Positions 1-13,479 of a stretch of 64,000 nt of DNA are shown here, piece after piece (position 1 is the stretch's first letter; every line of letters starts with the position of its first letter). A program made the position numbers and the translations under genes. The notes below the pieces were generated by a model, which was not told the origin of the DNA, ran no database searches, and worked only from the letters and a program-made list of their open reading frames with translations. Origin of the DNA: Heterodontus francisci (lineage: Eukaryota); assembly GCF_036365525.1 (NCBI RefSeq), contig NC_090417.1:14881748-14945747 (forward strand), written 5' to 3'.

Positions 1-3000
1 AAAGCCGAGGATACTACATGCTTTATTAACTGCACTCTCAAACTCTCCTGCCACCTTCAATAATTTATGCACATTTACACCCAAGTCCCTCTGCTCCTGC
101 ACCCCCTTTAGAATTGTACCCTTTATTTTATATTGTCTCTGTGTTCTTCCTACCAAAATGAATGACTTCACATTTCTCTGCATTAAATTTCATCTACCTC
201 CTGTCTGCCCATTCCACCAACTTGTCTATGTCCTTTTGAATTTTTGCTCAATCCTCCTCACATTACACAATGTTTCCAAGCTGCGTATCATCTGCAAATT
301 TTGACATTGTGCCCCGTATACCAGGGTCTAGGTAATTAATATATGTCGGGAAGAACAAGGGTCCGAGCACCGATCCTTGGGGAATGCCACTCCACACCTT
401 CCTCCAGTCCGAAAATCATCCATTAACCATGGCTCTGTTTCCTGTAACTCAGCCAATTTTGTAACCAAGTTGCTCCCTTCCCTTTTATTCCTTGAGAGAG
501 AACTTTGCTCACAAGTCTGTTGTGTGGCACTTTATCAAACGCTTTTTGGAAGTCCGCGTACATCACAACAACAGCATTACCCTGATCAGCTTTCGCTGTT
601 CTCATCGGAAGACAGGAACACAGGAACAGGAGTAGGCCATTCAGCCCATTGAGCCTGCTCTGCCATTCAATATGAACAATGCCTTTTTCCCACACTATCC
701 CCATATCCCATTATTTCATTGGTATTTAGAAATCTGTCAATCTCTGCTTTAAACATATCGGAATATTATTGTATCAACAATCTCTGGCAAGTTAGCTAAA
801 CAAGACTTGCCTTTCACAAATCTGTGCTGGCTTTCCCTAATTAACCCGCAGATGCCCAAGTGAGTAGTAATTTTGTCACAATTTATCTGGAGGTTTTCGG
901 AAGCTTCTCCATCGCTGAGGTTAAACTCACTGGTCTGTAGTTACTGGGCTTATCTTTACACACTTACTTGAACAAGAGTGTAACATTTGCAATTCTTCAG
1001 TCCTCTGGCACCACCCCCAATTCGAAAGAAGACTGAAAAATTATGGCTCGTGTCTCTATTTCCACTCTCACTTCCCTCAGTATCCTTGGATGCATTGCAT
1101 CCTATCCTGGAGCCTCATCAACTTGTAAGTACAGCTCGCCTATCCAATACCTCCTCCTTCTCAATTTGAAACACTTCAGGTGTCTGAATTACCTCCTCTT
1201 TCACCAGGGCCTGCACAGCATCTTCTTCCTTAGTAAAGACAGATGCAAAGTATTCATTTAATACTTCAACCTTTCACCCTGCCTCCATGCATAAATCCCC
1301 TTTTAGGTCCCTAATCGGCCCCACTACTCCTTTTACTTTTAATATGCCGATTAAAGACTTGTGGATTCCCCTTTATACCAGATTCCAGTCTGTTTTCATA
1401 TTCTCTTTGCTTCTCTTATTTACCTTTTCACTTCTCCTCTAAACCTTCTATATTCCACCTGGTTGTTGGTTCCATCTTCTATGTGACATCTGTCATAAGC
1501 ACACTTTTTCTTAATCTCTGTCTCTTTCGGCATCCAGGGAGCTCTGCGTTTGTTTACCCAACCTTTCCCCTTTGCAGAAATATACCTTGGATGTGCCCGA
1601 ACTATCTTTTCTTTAAAGGCAGCCCATTGTTCAGTTCCCATTTTGCCTGCCAACCTTTGATTCCAATTTATTTGGATCAGATCCATTCTTAACCCATTGA
1701 AGTTGGCTTTCCCCCAGTTCATTATTCTTACTCTGGTTTGTTCTTTTGTCCTTATCCACAGCCAATCTAAACCTTATGATACAATGATTACTGTCGCCTA
1801 AATGTTCTCCGACACTTGATCCACTAGGCGCACCTCATCCCCACGAACTAGTGCCACTTTTTTGAGTAGACGAGAAACATACTGTAGAACATTCTGCTGA
1901 AAACACTCTCAGAACTCTTGCCCCTCTCTGCCCTTTATGCTATTACTATCCCAGACTATATTTGGAGAATTAAAGCCCCTCATTATAACCACTCTGTAAT
2001 TCTTGCTCCTCTCTGTAATTCCCTTGAAAATTTGTTCCTCTAAATCTTTCCCTCCAGTTGAAGGTCTATTGAAAACATCCAGCAATATAATTGCACCGTT
2101 TTTTGTTCCTCAGCTGTCGCCAAATAGGTTTTGTTCTTGACCCCTCAGAGATATCCTCTCCCTCCAGTACTGTAATGTTCTCCTTCAGCAAAACCGCCAC
2201 CCCTCCCTCTCTCCTTCATTTCCCATCTTTCCTGAACACCTTGTATCCAGGAATATTTAGTGCACAGTCCTGCCCTTCTTAGAGCCAGGTCTCCGTTATC
2301 GCCACAACATCATACTTCCATGTGGCTCTCTGTGTCTCCGCTCACCAACCTTATTTACCACATTCCATTCATTCACATACTTGCACAGTAAACCTAAATT
2401 AGACTTTATTACTTGTTCTCTTACTCTGCCCCCCAATACTTTACTATTTCCTACTCTAGTACAATCTGTCTGTCCCAATTCTTTGTGTTCCTCTCTTGTA
2501 CTATCTCCTGGTTCCTATGCCATTGCCAAGTTAGTTTCAAACCTCCCCAATAGCACGAGCAAATTGCCCTGCAAGGAAATTTGTCCCAGCTCTGTTCAGG
2601 TGCAACCTGTCCGACCTGTATGGGTCCCATGTCCTCCAGGAATGGTCACAATTTGGCAGGAATCTAAAGCCCTCTCTCCTGTACCACCTTTTCAGCCACG
2701 CATTCATCTGCTCGATCCTCCTATTTCTATACTCATTTGTACATGGTATGGGGAGTCATCTGGAGATTACTACTTTTGAGGTCCTGTTTGCTAATTTCTT
2801 GCCTAGCTCCCTAAATTTTGACTGCAGGACCATATCCCTCTTCCTTTGCAAGTGGCAGCTACCAATGTGGTCCACAACCACTATTCATCCTCCCCCCTCA
2901 GGGTGCTCTGCAGCTGTTCAGTGACATCCTTGACCCTGGCACCAGGGAGGCAACACACCATCCTGGACTCACATTTGAGGCTGCAGAAACACCTATTTCG

Positions 3001-3030
3001 CAAACTTTCGAATCACCTCTCACTCTGTGG
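1..3030 (-). mobile_element. Decayed CR1-clade LINE with ORF1 esterase and ORF2 (EN/RT) remnants
   Basis: Minus-strand RT motifs ([16 protein letters not shown]) and linker (NWGKANF). The ORF1 SGNH-esterase-like peptide ESRMVCCLPGARVKDVTEQLQ is at about 2900-2970. Many frameshifts and deletions. Confidence 0.85.
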
Positions 3031-3552
3031 CTAGCAACATGACCAGCATAGACAAATGAAATATCTTTCAACTTTTCACTACTCTATTAATAGAGTAGAT
3101 ATTAATTCTATTGTTCTTGCCTTTTCCTCCGAACCTAAGACTGTATGTCATGTTACAAACAGAATTTTGAGATTCTCACTTCCCTGTCAGTATAACTAGC
3201 TTTCCTTTTAAATATTAGCTCCTTTTTTTTTTGAGGATATCAGTCCATGGCTTGCACACTTGCTTTAGGATTTATGTTTTTTAAGCACATCTGTTCAAAA
3301 TTTGTACTTGGTGTCTTTGGGCATCAGAAATTGGCACACGTGTTTTGGGCCTTGGAAGTAAGGTCACCTGCACACTTTCAGAAAACTTATTTGTCATTTA
3401 CTCAGCTAACACGTAAATGAGGGAGTAAAAGGCCAAACTTGCTGACACACACACAGCATTTAAAACTAGGTTCCCAGCAACACACACATATCTCAAGCTG
3501 ATGCTAACAAATCTGTGTATTCCAATTCAATGAGAATTGGAACTAGACAATC

Positions 3553-3792
3553 CTGCAGCCTTCCACTTCCTCATCCAAGTCATTTATAAAAATCACAAAG
3601 AGCAGAGGTCCCAGAACAGATCCTTGTGGAACACCACTGGTCACCGAGCTCCATGCTGAATACTTTCCATCTACTACCACCCTCTGACTTCTATGGGCCA
3701 GCCAATTTTCTATCCAGACAGCCAACTTTCCCTGAATCCCACGCGTCCTTACTTTCTGAATGAGCCTACCATGGGGAACCTTATCAAACGCC
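3553..3792 (-). mobile_element. Internal RT fragment of a young CR1 family
   Basis: [14 protein letters not shown]...[26 protein letters not shown]; nearly identical to 18126-18362. Confidence 0.9.
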
Positions 3793-5722
3793 ATTCAGTG
3801 AGACCTTTGATTAACAGGAATCCATGATTGATGTTTGCGGAGGAGCGTTCCAAACTTCTACCACGCAGTGGGTGTTGAAATGTTTCCGACTTTCACTCCT
3901 GAAAGGCCTGCTTTTTCATCAGATCATGCCCCCAAGTCGTAGACTCCGCAACCAGTGGGAATAATTTTATGTCTACCCTATTTGTTCCCCTTACTATCTT
4001 AAAAATTTCAATCCAAATCACCTTCTAAATTGACAGAATACACCCGTCAATCTCTTCTCGTAATTTAATCAACGGAATCCAGATGCAGCTGTTCGGCAGG
4101 TGGGTGTCATTGGCCCTGGGAGAATTATCCCTCAGATTTACCTCTCCCTCCAAGTCAATGTCTCACTTTCAATTGAAACCTTTCTAAGACAGCTGGGCAG
4201 AGATCTGGAACACAGGAAATGAGAGGATCCAGTGCTGCACCATTCACAGCACTTCCAGTCAGTAGCTACCTCCAGACAGACAGATTTCCGGCACACGACA
4301 GTGAATTTATGGAACACTGTTTCAGCTAAACGCAGCACCTCATTGTGGTCATACTATTGACTGCCAAATGCAGTGGCAGCAACAGTAATCTGCTGTGCTT
4401 CAGGAAGGCGGCTATCTGCTTTGCCCTTGTGCAGAAAGGATAAAGGACAATGGGAAAGACCTTCTATGAGTCCAGTCACTTTCATCATATACATGGTATA
4501 CTGACATGATTTAGTACTGCACCAACAGTGACAGGGAAATCACTGTTACTTCGCACTTCAGTGTCAAGCACACAAACATTGTTGTAAGAAAGTAATACTT
4601 TTATCTCAGAGCCCACAGACACAAGTCACCCATCTCTTTCTGAAAATTGAACACAAGAAAACATCCTGCTCAGGTTTGGAAGTGGAGGTGTGCGTATTCG
4701 CGTATCCTTCTTTACGTACAGTGTGGCCAACTTTTAACGTGTCACTGGCATCATGGTTGAGTTCTGTCCAATTCAACAAAGCAGGGAGTGAACCAGCGCG
4801 CTCTGCATTCAGCTTCTGAACTGTGAAGGGAGTGTTTATTTTGCAGCAGCACTATGTACATTTGGACTCTAATCATGAAGATATCAACCTGCTGAAAGTT
4901 TCATATTTCTCTCCAACTCATATCGATTTAGTACAGGAAGCAGAACTGCAACAAATATTACTGGAGGAATTTTGATCTGATAAAAGTACATGGAACACTT
5001 GCAGAATGGAGCTCAGGAGAGATATCTCAAGTAGTTCATGTAATGAATCATTTTGAATTATTTGGTTAACACAATTATTTTTGGTTTTGTGGCAGCATTC
5101 CCAATTGAGTCAGAAGGTACCGAAGTCGAAACCCATTCCAGACGGTCCCAGCGACCAAAGACTGGCTCTAAATTCTGGGATGATGTTCAATGAAATGCTG
5201 AAGTCCGGTGGGTTTGTGTGGCCCAATCTCATCCGTAAAACCCTCCCACCATTACAGGACTAGCCATCCTATTGGCTGGACTAAAGACGGCTCTGAAAGA
5301 AGCATTGACATCACTCAGACTGTGGATCCTTCCACTACTTCACACTATTCTCTCCTAGGAAAGGATATGATTATACAGAAAACAAACATAAACCCTGGCA
5401 TGACTTTGAAAATGGACCAGATTTGGTCAGATCACTCCCACACTTCAAAGCTCATCTCAGAGACATCAACAAAGGTCAGGAAGAGACATTCACTGGACAG
5501 CAAAGTGTTTGTCAGCTCATTATGTCAAGGAAGAAAGCCAGTTTTACCTCCAATCCACACCCGATTTGGCCAAATTAGTGTGTTGCTTTCTTCATGTGTA
5601 CAATGGGTTGGAGTTTTACACTAGAAATGCACTTGACTGGCAAACTGTGATGTGAGAGACATATTGGGAAAGTTGTGAATAGTTTGAGGCAAGACAAGAA
5701 CTTCAGATGACTTTAATTTCAC

Positions 5723-5728
5723 TTTATT
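5723..5728 (-). promoter_or_regulatory. Candidate polyadenylation signal (AATAAA) of the 4E-BP gene
   Basis: TTTATT on the plus strand about 420 nt past the stop codon. An alternative lies at 4835-4840. Confidence 0.4.
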
Positions 5729-6150
5729 TTGTTGGTTTTATCTCTCTCTCTCTTTCTCTCCCTTCCCTTCCACCAAGAATTACATCTCCAAAAGGTTAAC
5801 CTTTCGGCTTGATTACCAAAGGCTTACAAATTTGAAACCAGATTAAACAGATCAAGAACCCGAGAGATGCCCCCTCTTTACAATGCCCATCACCGACTTG
5901 AACAGTAGATGCTCTACCACGCACAACACGTGGCACTTACACTTTTCACAGCATTTGCAGAACGTGTCATTGTCTGTAGCAGGAGAGAAGTGGATGGATT
6001 CCGTCAATGGCAGGAAATGTTTGCATATTTATTATGTTTTTTTAAGCAGAGCTGGTGGCTTGGAGAAGACACATGGGCTTAACGATAAGCCCAGCTGGCG
6101 AGGTCCCAGAGCCAAAGTTCCTCACTCTGGAGGAAATCAGGTGGTGTGCC

Positions 6151-6182
6151 TTAAATGTCCATCTCAAATTGGGCATCATCTC
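6151..6182 (-). CDS. EIF4EBP1: 4E-BP1-like, coding exon 3 (TOS motif)
   Basis: Acceptor TTAACAG|GA; encodes (G)DDAQFEMDI-TAA. The phase matches exon 2. Total CDS is 133+174+32 = 339 nt = 112 aa plus stop. Confidence 0.93.
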
Positions 6183-7116
6183 CTGTTAAGGCAAAACAAA
6201 AAGGTCTTCAGTGACGTTCAAGCAACCAACAGATGATGGTGGTTTCCCTGGCCCCCCACTCCCTCCATTCCCACACCTCCCCCACATCATCTATTCAGGA
6301 GAGGCTCACTTATGCCAGGGTAATACTTCCACAAGCTTCCAACACTTTTACAATTTTGTGTTCTTCACATGTTAGCCGCAAGGATAAATCTGGCAGCCCA
6401 TTCGACTGGGAATAAGGCTCAACAAGCAGTCAGATCCTGCATGCACACACTTTAGTGCACGATAATGATGATTGTGAGCCTCAATGATTATCCACCACCC
6501 AGCCCCACCAAAGCCACCCCTCATTAACCCAGCAACAATGAAGCGAAATGTGGTGTCCCAATGGTTTCTTGGATAGGATCAGCCCATTCAGCACAAGCAG
6601 AGAATCCAGCCTGGGACCTATTAGCTCATTTGGCTCTGTATTACACTGGCTGGTCCCAAGACTCACTCAGCCAGTGGATGAGTTTGAGTGAGAGCTTCAA
6701 AATACAGAGTACATTTTCAACGGCAGGCAATTTTTTCAATATATTCTGTCCATATAAGTGTACAGGATTAATTCCAAACTGTGATAAAATCTTGTGTTAG
6801 GACATACCAATTAATGCCCTGGGTCTAAAAACAGAGTACAAAACAGATTTCTATCCAGGATCTTTGTCCCACCCCCTACAAATACACACAATTCCCAACC
6901 TCAGTCATGCTGAAGGTGTTGGGAGGCAGCTGCTTCCATCCAAGGTCTTCGAGACTGAATCATCCATTGATGACGAACATGCATCTCTCAGCAGTCCGTT
7001 TCACATCAGCACAGGCAGTGATTTAGAGGCAACACAGCTGACAACCATCTTGATTGTAAACAGATTGAGAATAGGTACGCAATGAGCTTGAACAAGTTCA
7101 AACTGCTCATATAATC

Positions 7117-7347
7117 AAAGCAAAATACTGCGGATGCTGGAAATATGAAATAAAAACAAGAAATGCTGGAAATACTCAGCGGGTCTGGCAGCATCTGTGG
7201 AGAGAGAAGCAGAGTTAATGTTTCAGGTCAGGTCAGGTCAGTTCTGAAGAAGTGTCACTGACCTGAAACGTTAACTCTGCTTCTCTCTCCACAGATGCTG
7301 CCAGACCCACTGAGTATTTCCAGCATTTCTTGTTTTTATTTCAGATT
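7117..7347. mobile_element. Hairpin (inverted-repeat) element, probably Penelope-like-derived, with a hammerhead motif
   Basis: About 90-bp inverted arms (about 7142-7231 and 7258-7347). The CTGAAGA...GAAACGTT core is at 7244-7272. Related single arms lie at about 10487-10615 and 37757-37830. Confidence 0.7.
7240..7276 (+). ncRNA. Minimal type-I hammerhead ribozyme-like motif
   Basis: AGTT-CTGAAGA-[AGtGTC act GACCT]-GAAA-CG-T-T-AACT, giving stem I AGTT/AACT, a CUGANGA and GAAA core, palindromic ACGT as stem III, and a GUU cleavage triplet. Confidence 0.55.
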
Positions 7348-7536
7348 GCTTATGCCAACAGCGATAGAGCTGATGACACCAGCCGTTCACCCTTGTGTTA
7401 CACAACTCAAAGTGGTGTATTGCTTCTCAATCTACAACGGTAGTGCTGAGTTAAGTGGATAACACAAACTATCCCCTTTACACCCGAGTGTGCCCGTCCC
7501 TTAAAACCTTCCGACACTCTGGCTCCCTTTACTTAC

Positions 7537-7710
7537 CACCAGCTGCCTTCTCATTATGGCTATTCACATGGTTCGCTGCCGGCTTCACCTTCTCTGTTGT
7601 ATTTGGACTTGTGACACCCGGAATGTTTGGAAGGTCACGCGGAGGAGTCCTGGCAACAGGGGAATTGCGGCATTCCATGAGGAATTTGCGGTCATAAATA
7701 ATGCGGGTGC
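7537..7710 (-). CDS. EIF4EBP1: 4E-BP1-like, coding exon 2
   Basis: Acceptor TTGCAG|GC and donor G|GTAAGT. Encodes (G)[35 protein letters not shown]..., with the YxxxxLphi eIF4E-binding motif and [21 protein letters not shown] is 4E-BP1-like. Confidence 0.95.
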
Positions 7711-8289
7711 CTGCAACAACGAAACAATGCACTAGTCAGGTCAACAGGGAGAGAGTGTTGTTCTTTACACCTGTGCAAGTGTTACAGACTTTGGTCATGT
7801 TTGGCCAGGCTGTGTTGGGAAGACAGTGGCTGTTTTAATTCTTTTCTGTCCACTGGAAACCGGAGTGCTGCAGGCTGGATCCCTGGCCTGTGCTGTCATC
7901 ACTGGGAAGGCAGTGGCTGAATTCCCTGTCGACACTGCCTTAGTTAATTTGCTGCTTTCTTTCTGGCTTCCACTGCCAAGCCTTTCAATTTTGGCTAACA
8001 TCTTGGTTCAACAAGCAACTGTCATGGGAACCTTATCCTAGATTACCCGACCATTTTTAGCAAAACAACACACAAAGGAGAACCAAGAGCACGTCAGCTA
8101 TCTGAAAGACAAGCCTGGTCAATTCAGCCCTTCCAACTGACTTTGGTATCCTGTTTCCAACCAAGTCACAGGAATTGAGCTGGTAGTTTCGTTTTGCAGC
8201 TTTTCACAAAGACGGACATGCTTTGTCTCACACACATCTGCTTCCTTTCCCAGCCTTAATCAGTGTTGCTAGCTGCAGACAAAGAGCCT

Positions 8290-8995
8290 TTTAAAAAAAT
8301 TTATTCAGGAGAGGTGGGCGTCACTGGCAAGGCCAGCATTTATTCCGTTCCAGGATTTTGGCGCAGCAATGAAGGAATGGTGATATAGTTCCAAGTCAGG
8401 ATGGTGTGCGGCTTGGAGGGGAACTTGCAGGTGGCAGTGTTCCCATGTACCTGATACCCTTGTCCTTTTAGGTGGTGCAGGTCACAGGTTTGGAAGGTGT
8501 TGTTGAAGGAGCCTTGCCGGGTTGCTGCAGTGCATCTTATGGATGGTACACACTGCAGTCCGGTGCACTCGTGATGGAGGGAGTCAAGGTTTAAGGGCTG
8601 GGGTGCCAATCAACAGGCTGCTTTGCCCTGGAGTTTCCAGAATGTTGTTGGAGCTGCACTCATCCAGTTAAGTGGAGAGTACTCCGTCACACTCCTGACT
8701 TGTGCCTTGTAGATGGTGGACACGCATTGGGGAGTCAGGAGGTGAGTTACTCACTGCAGAACTCCCAGCCTCAATCTGCTCTTGCAGGCACAATATTTAA
8801 TGTGGCAATCCTGTTAATTTTCTGGTCAATGGTGGCCACCAGCATGTTGCTGATGGGGGATTAGACAACAGTAAAGGAGGTGGTTAGACTCTCCCGTTAG
8901 ATGGTCATTGCTTGGCACCTGTGTGGCACCAATGATACTTGCCATTTCGTAGCCCGAGCCTCAATGTTGTCCAGGTCTGAATGCATGTAGGCACT
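8290..8995 (-). mobile_element. 3' fragment of the LINE family seen at 20173-23778 (older copy)
   Basis: The reverse complement matches 22600-23780, including the ATGCTGGCCTTGCCAGTGACGCCCAC tail. Confidence 0.85.
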
Positions 8996-11900
8996 TTCGT
9001 CCTCAAGTTTTTTTACCAACATGTGCATGACCTCTCTCTCTCTCACACAACCCATCTGCTTCCTTCCAAGCCTTAATCTATGTTACCAGCTGCAGACACA
9101 AACTGTATTAGCTCCTGGCTATACTCTCAGTAAAATGTGAAAAGTAATATTCTGCCTATGGTAATGTTACATGATCAAGTCTTTTTTGCAGCATCACAAT
9201 TTCTATGGTCTGACCTTATGGAGCCCACTTGTGGATACTGAAAACTGGAAGTGAACTCAAGTATGAGTTTAAATTTAGACTTCGACGCAAGATTCAGAAA
9301 TACTTTCAGCTGCAGGACCGAAGAGAACTCTGATGCTCAACAAATGTTCAGTGAAGTGTGCATGGAGGTGACTGCACACGATACATTTTTCTGTGAAAAT
9401 TATAGCAGAGGATCAGGAAGCGGGACAGTGAGTATCTGTTCACTGCAGGCCTCAATACTGTCCCGAAGTTGGCTTTGCCAGATTTCTCCCATCTCCTGCA
9501 TGCAGCAACTTATGCTGGGGTACGGTTCCTGTGTTTTACATGGGGGCCGATAGCGCGCAGAATGGGAGGGGGCAGGGATGCAAAATGGAACATCTCAACC
9601 AATCCAATCATCGGAACGTTTTTGGAGCATCAGTTAGGATGCAGACCATTGACTGACTGTCAACACGGAAGACAGGGAACTTCAATGCCAGGGAGTGAAG
9701 TGGGATCAGACAACCCACTTGCAGCGCCTTTGTCCACAGTCCCTGATGAGGTATGTTTTCCCGACAATAATGCAGTGAGCCAAGAGCTACTGGAAAACTG
9801 GGCACCCATTCAAGCCCCTGTTGAACCAACAAACATGAACTCAAGGTTACCAGAAACATTATCCACTTACAGATAATATACAAAGACATAACGTGACCAC
9901 ATCTGGCCATGCAGAAATATTCCTCCCAACAAGGAGACTGACATCCTAAATGAAGTACACAGATTCCAAAAGGCTTCACGGTGAATTTAGCAGAGATTCA
10001 CCATTTTTCATGTTGTCAGTGCTGCATAACTGGAGCTCCTGATCATATTTATCCCACAAAGAAGTCAGAAAGGGAAGGTTTATTGTGTGACTATCAGCAT
10101 TTGGAAGATAATGACCTTGACTATGAGCACAAGACAAAACTAACTGGACCCTGGACAAAAAGAGCACAAAATATGAGAAAATGTCAAGGATGAATCACAA
10201 GCCAACAATTGATGAAAGATCCCATCTTTAACATGATTAACATTGTACGTTTCACATTCTGTCTGTGGAGAAAGACCTCGCATATACTCTAATATACAGT
10301 GCTCCCTGTAATGTGCAATAAAATATATTGTTTTTAATTAGTGGTAATCTCAACAAGATACACCCTACAGATCGGACAGAACCAGGGATGATTAAGGTCA
10401 AGATATCGGTGTCCCGCCAATCACTGGTGCAATGCCCTTGCTATATCATCACATGAAATAAGGGGTGAGATAAACAGTTCCTTGAAAAAGCAAAATACTG
10501 CAGATGCTAGAATTTTGAAATAAAAACATGATACTGGAAATACTTTCAGGTCAGGCAGCCATCTGTGGAGAGAGTGACAAAGTTAACAGTTCAGGTCAAT
10601 GACCTTTTACCAGTTGCTAAGTTGTTCTTGTCTCCACTCAAGATTATCCCTGGAAGGCCTCCAGCATGCAGCTGCCCCTGAAGGTGTACAGGAAGAAAAG
10701 TTTGAGAATAGGTCTTCACAATGATGCTGGGTACAGTGGGAAACAAAGAGGTGAAGGATAATAATGAAAATTACACTCGTCTGAATGAAAATTAACACTT
10801 ACTCAAGTATATGTGGGCAATGAGGGAGGCAAGGGAACAAAAAGTTTACCAACAGACCGATTTACCAAAACATCTTAACGTTTTTCTTCACTGGTAATCA
10901 GTTATAAAGCATTTCCAAACTTGTAAATCCATCTTGGTGAACAACTAACTGACGATCTGCTTTTACTTTTAAAACACACTTTGAGATGTGGTTTTATTGG
11001 TTTGGTGGACACCAAAATTCACATGATAACATGTCGAGAGCCAAACTAGAATAGCTCCAACTGCAGTTAAATCGTTCATCTACTCTGCAGTTTGAATGCC
11101 ATGATACCAAGAATTTTTACAAGTGCAGGATGCAAAAGTTGTCCTCGAATTTGGATTTTATTGTTGCTGGCACGAATGCAGAAACTCTCATTACTCTTAG
11201 CACCATAACTTCTTTATTCAACAGGTCGGCTCCGTAATCTGTAGCTCAGCAATGAGTGTCAAATGATGAACTGCTGTTAACTGGAACAGGAGGCACATTT
11301 GGATTTCCCCATCTGTAGCAAGATACAGGGGTCACTCGAAGCCTGTTTTTTCAACACACCTGTTCACAAGCAACCTCTTGTGCTGGGGTCCCAATAGCTC
11401 AAATAGTTAGATGCAGCCATTCTGCGTTCGGTCTGTTAACAACACCAACGTGGAATTTAAGCTGATAGGCTGTTTCCTAATTCTCAAACACCATTCTGCT
11501 CCAAATGGAAACAAGATGCAGGCATGCTGACAGAAACGCTGAACTAATCAACGCTTTTGGACTTGTGGGAGCATGTGAACTTGGTGTGAATTGTGCCAAA
11601 TGATTACATTTTGAAGGGATGAAGTAAATCTTGATATTAAATCATGCTTTTAAGTACCTTGAACTGTGTCTTCTTGTTCTAGCGGGTGATGCGATGACTC
11701 AGCTACACTGCTGAGACCAATTATCCTGCTGCACAATGGTATAATTTCTGATGACATTATATTTGTCATAACAAGTTCAGGACACAAGTCCATTACCTCA
11801 ATTAATCCTCAGCTTATACCAATTGCTGCCATGTTTTGAGGAGAGACTCTTAACAAAGTGAATATTCTGAACTATGTGTCTTCACGAATACACCTTCAAG

Positions 11901-12657
11901 AGTGCCACTGGCAGGAACCGGGTACAGATCAGACCATGTGTTCAAGGAAGATGACATCCAAGGGAAGACGAGCAAGAAAAATACACGTTTGCTTCTGCTG
12001 AATTTCTCTTCAGCCACTCTTTAAGGAATTAACAGGGGCTACAGTCCAATTGTTCAAACGAGGCAGTAACTAAGAATTGCACAAGATTCTGTCAATTGAG
12101 GTGTATTGAAGGATGAATTCTAACCGATCTGAAAGGTAAATCAACAAGTAACTGTACTAACTGCCCAGCCCCAGAAATGTTTCATAGTTTCACCACAGTT
12201 GACAACCAACTGTATTGAGGTCAGATCTGTTGCTGCTGGGCCAAGTGATGTGAACAGCTGTTTGCAAACACATCATTCAGCACCTCACTGAAAGTCAAGT
12301 GGTTGTACAGTCTGAATCTGACCACTTTTCAGCTTCAGTTCACACACGTAAATCTGCAGCACCAGTTGCTGTGTTGCGAACATGAGAGGAAACTCTGACC
12401 CATCTTTAACCCACTCCTCAACCTAGCACATGGGGGCCAACTTAAGCCTTGCAGCCTTTCCAGTCTGTATGGTACAGCTCCTCACTGAACGAAGGGAGGA
12501 GTACCCCTCGACAATGCCCCAAAATAAATTAAGATACAGGACAATAAATGTTCACTGTTTTGTTTTTGCTTAATGTAGAATGGAATCCAAAGTAAAAGTT
12601 GTTCCACAAGATACGTTCTCGTCCCAATGTTCAGATTTCAAAATGCACTTCAACAAC

Positions 12658-13208
12658 TGTGGGAACAGAATCTTCGAGAACAGAATAATATGGGGACATT
12701 TAAGGTGAAGTAATTAATCAATCATGTACTACGAACAAACTAACCTCAGAGCTGCAGAGACAGCTTATCAGAATTGACTTCATAGCTTCAGGGCTGCACA
12801 GACAGCTTATCAGTAGAAGTAGACGAACAAGCAAAAACTAACAGGACAGCTGCAAGCTGCTTCATAGTCGCCTATTGTATAGCAATCAGCCTAACAGTCC
12901 AAGGAGATAGGGGGATGAGAAACTGCTGGAGGGGAAGGTGACAAGGCAGTACCCCAATCAGACCATGACACCAAGAAACTGCAGAGTTTGTAAACCAATT
13001 GGGAAGATAAAGGGGGTGTCACTGATTTGTATGAAGAACTATAAGAAAGGCTTAATTTCCCTGCTCAGGGAGGAGAGGAGAGGAGAGAAGAGCCCAGGTG
13101 TTGTTGTTGTTTGCTTTGCTGATGATGTAACCAAGAAGTACTGCAATAAAGTTTCTTAAAGCTACAGTCGGACTTCGTCTCTCTTTGTGTAACTAATGGG
13201 ATCCAACA
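12658..13208 (+). mobile_element. Solo LTR, 551 bp, with 5-bp TSD ACAAC
   Basis: Begins TGTGGGA and ends TCCAACA. Flanked by ACAAC at 12653-12657 and 13209-13213. Internal CCAAT boxes, TATAAGAA (about 13040) and AATAAA (13145) are in U3-R-U5 order. Confidence 0.8.
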
Positions 13209-13479
13209 ACAACTTTCTTTTAAACTTCAACTACGACTAAGAACTAACCCACAGGCATCAAGCTCTGCACAGGATCTCAGTACACGAACCATCTGACTCC
13301 TGGCATTCATCATTACTGTGACAACATGGAAACATTTTCATCAACTGCTCTTTAGGTCTTAATAATATGGTGATGGCGGAGGAAGGAAAAGAGCGAGACA
13401 TAATTCACAAAGCAATCATGGGTAACCGTAGCTTGAAATGGCTGCACTCAAGATACAATTCCCCACATCATCAGTTATT

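Noticed and set aside
10487-10615. Second hammerhead motif
   Set aside because: The core is degenerate: CUGANGA and GAAA are both disrupted.
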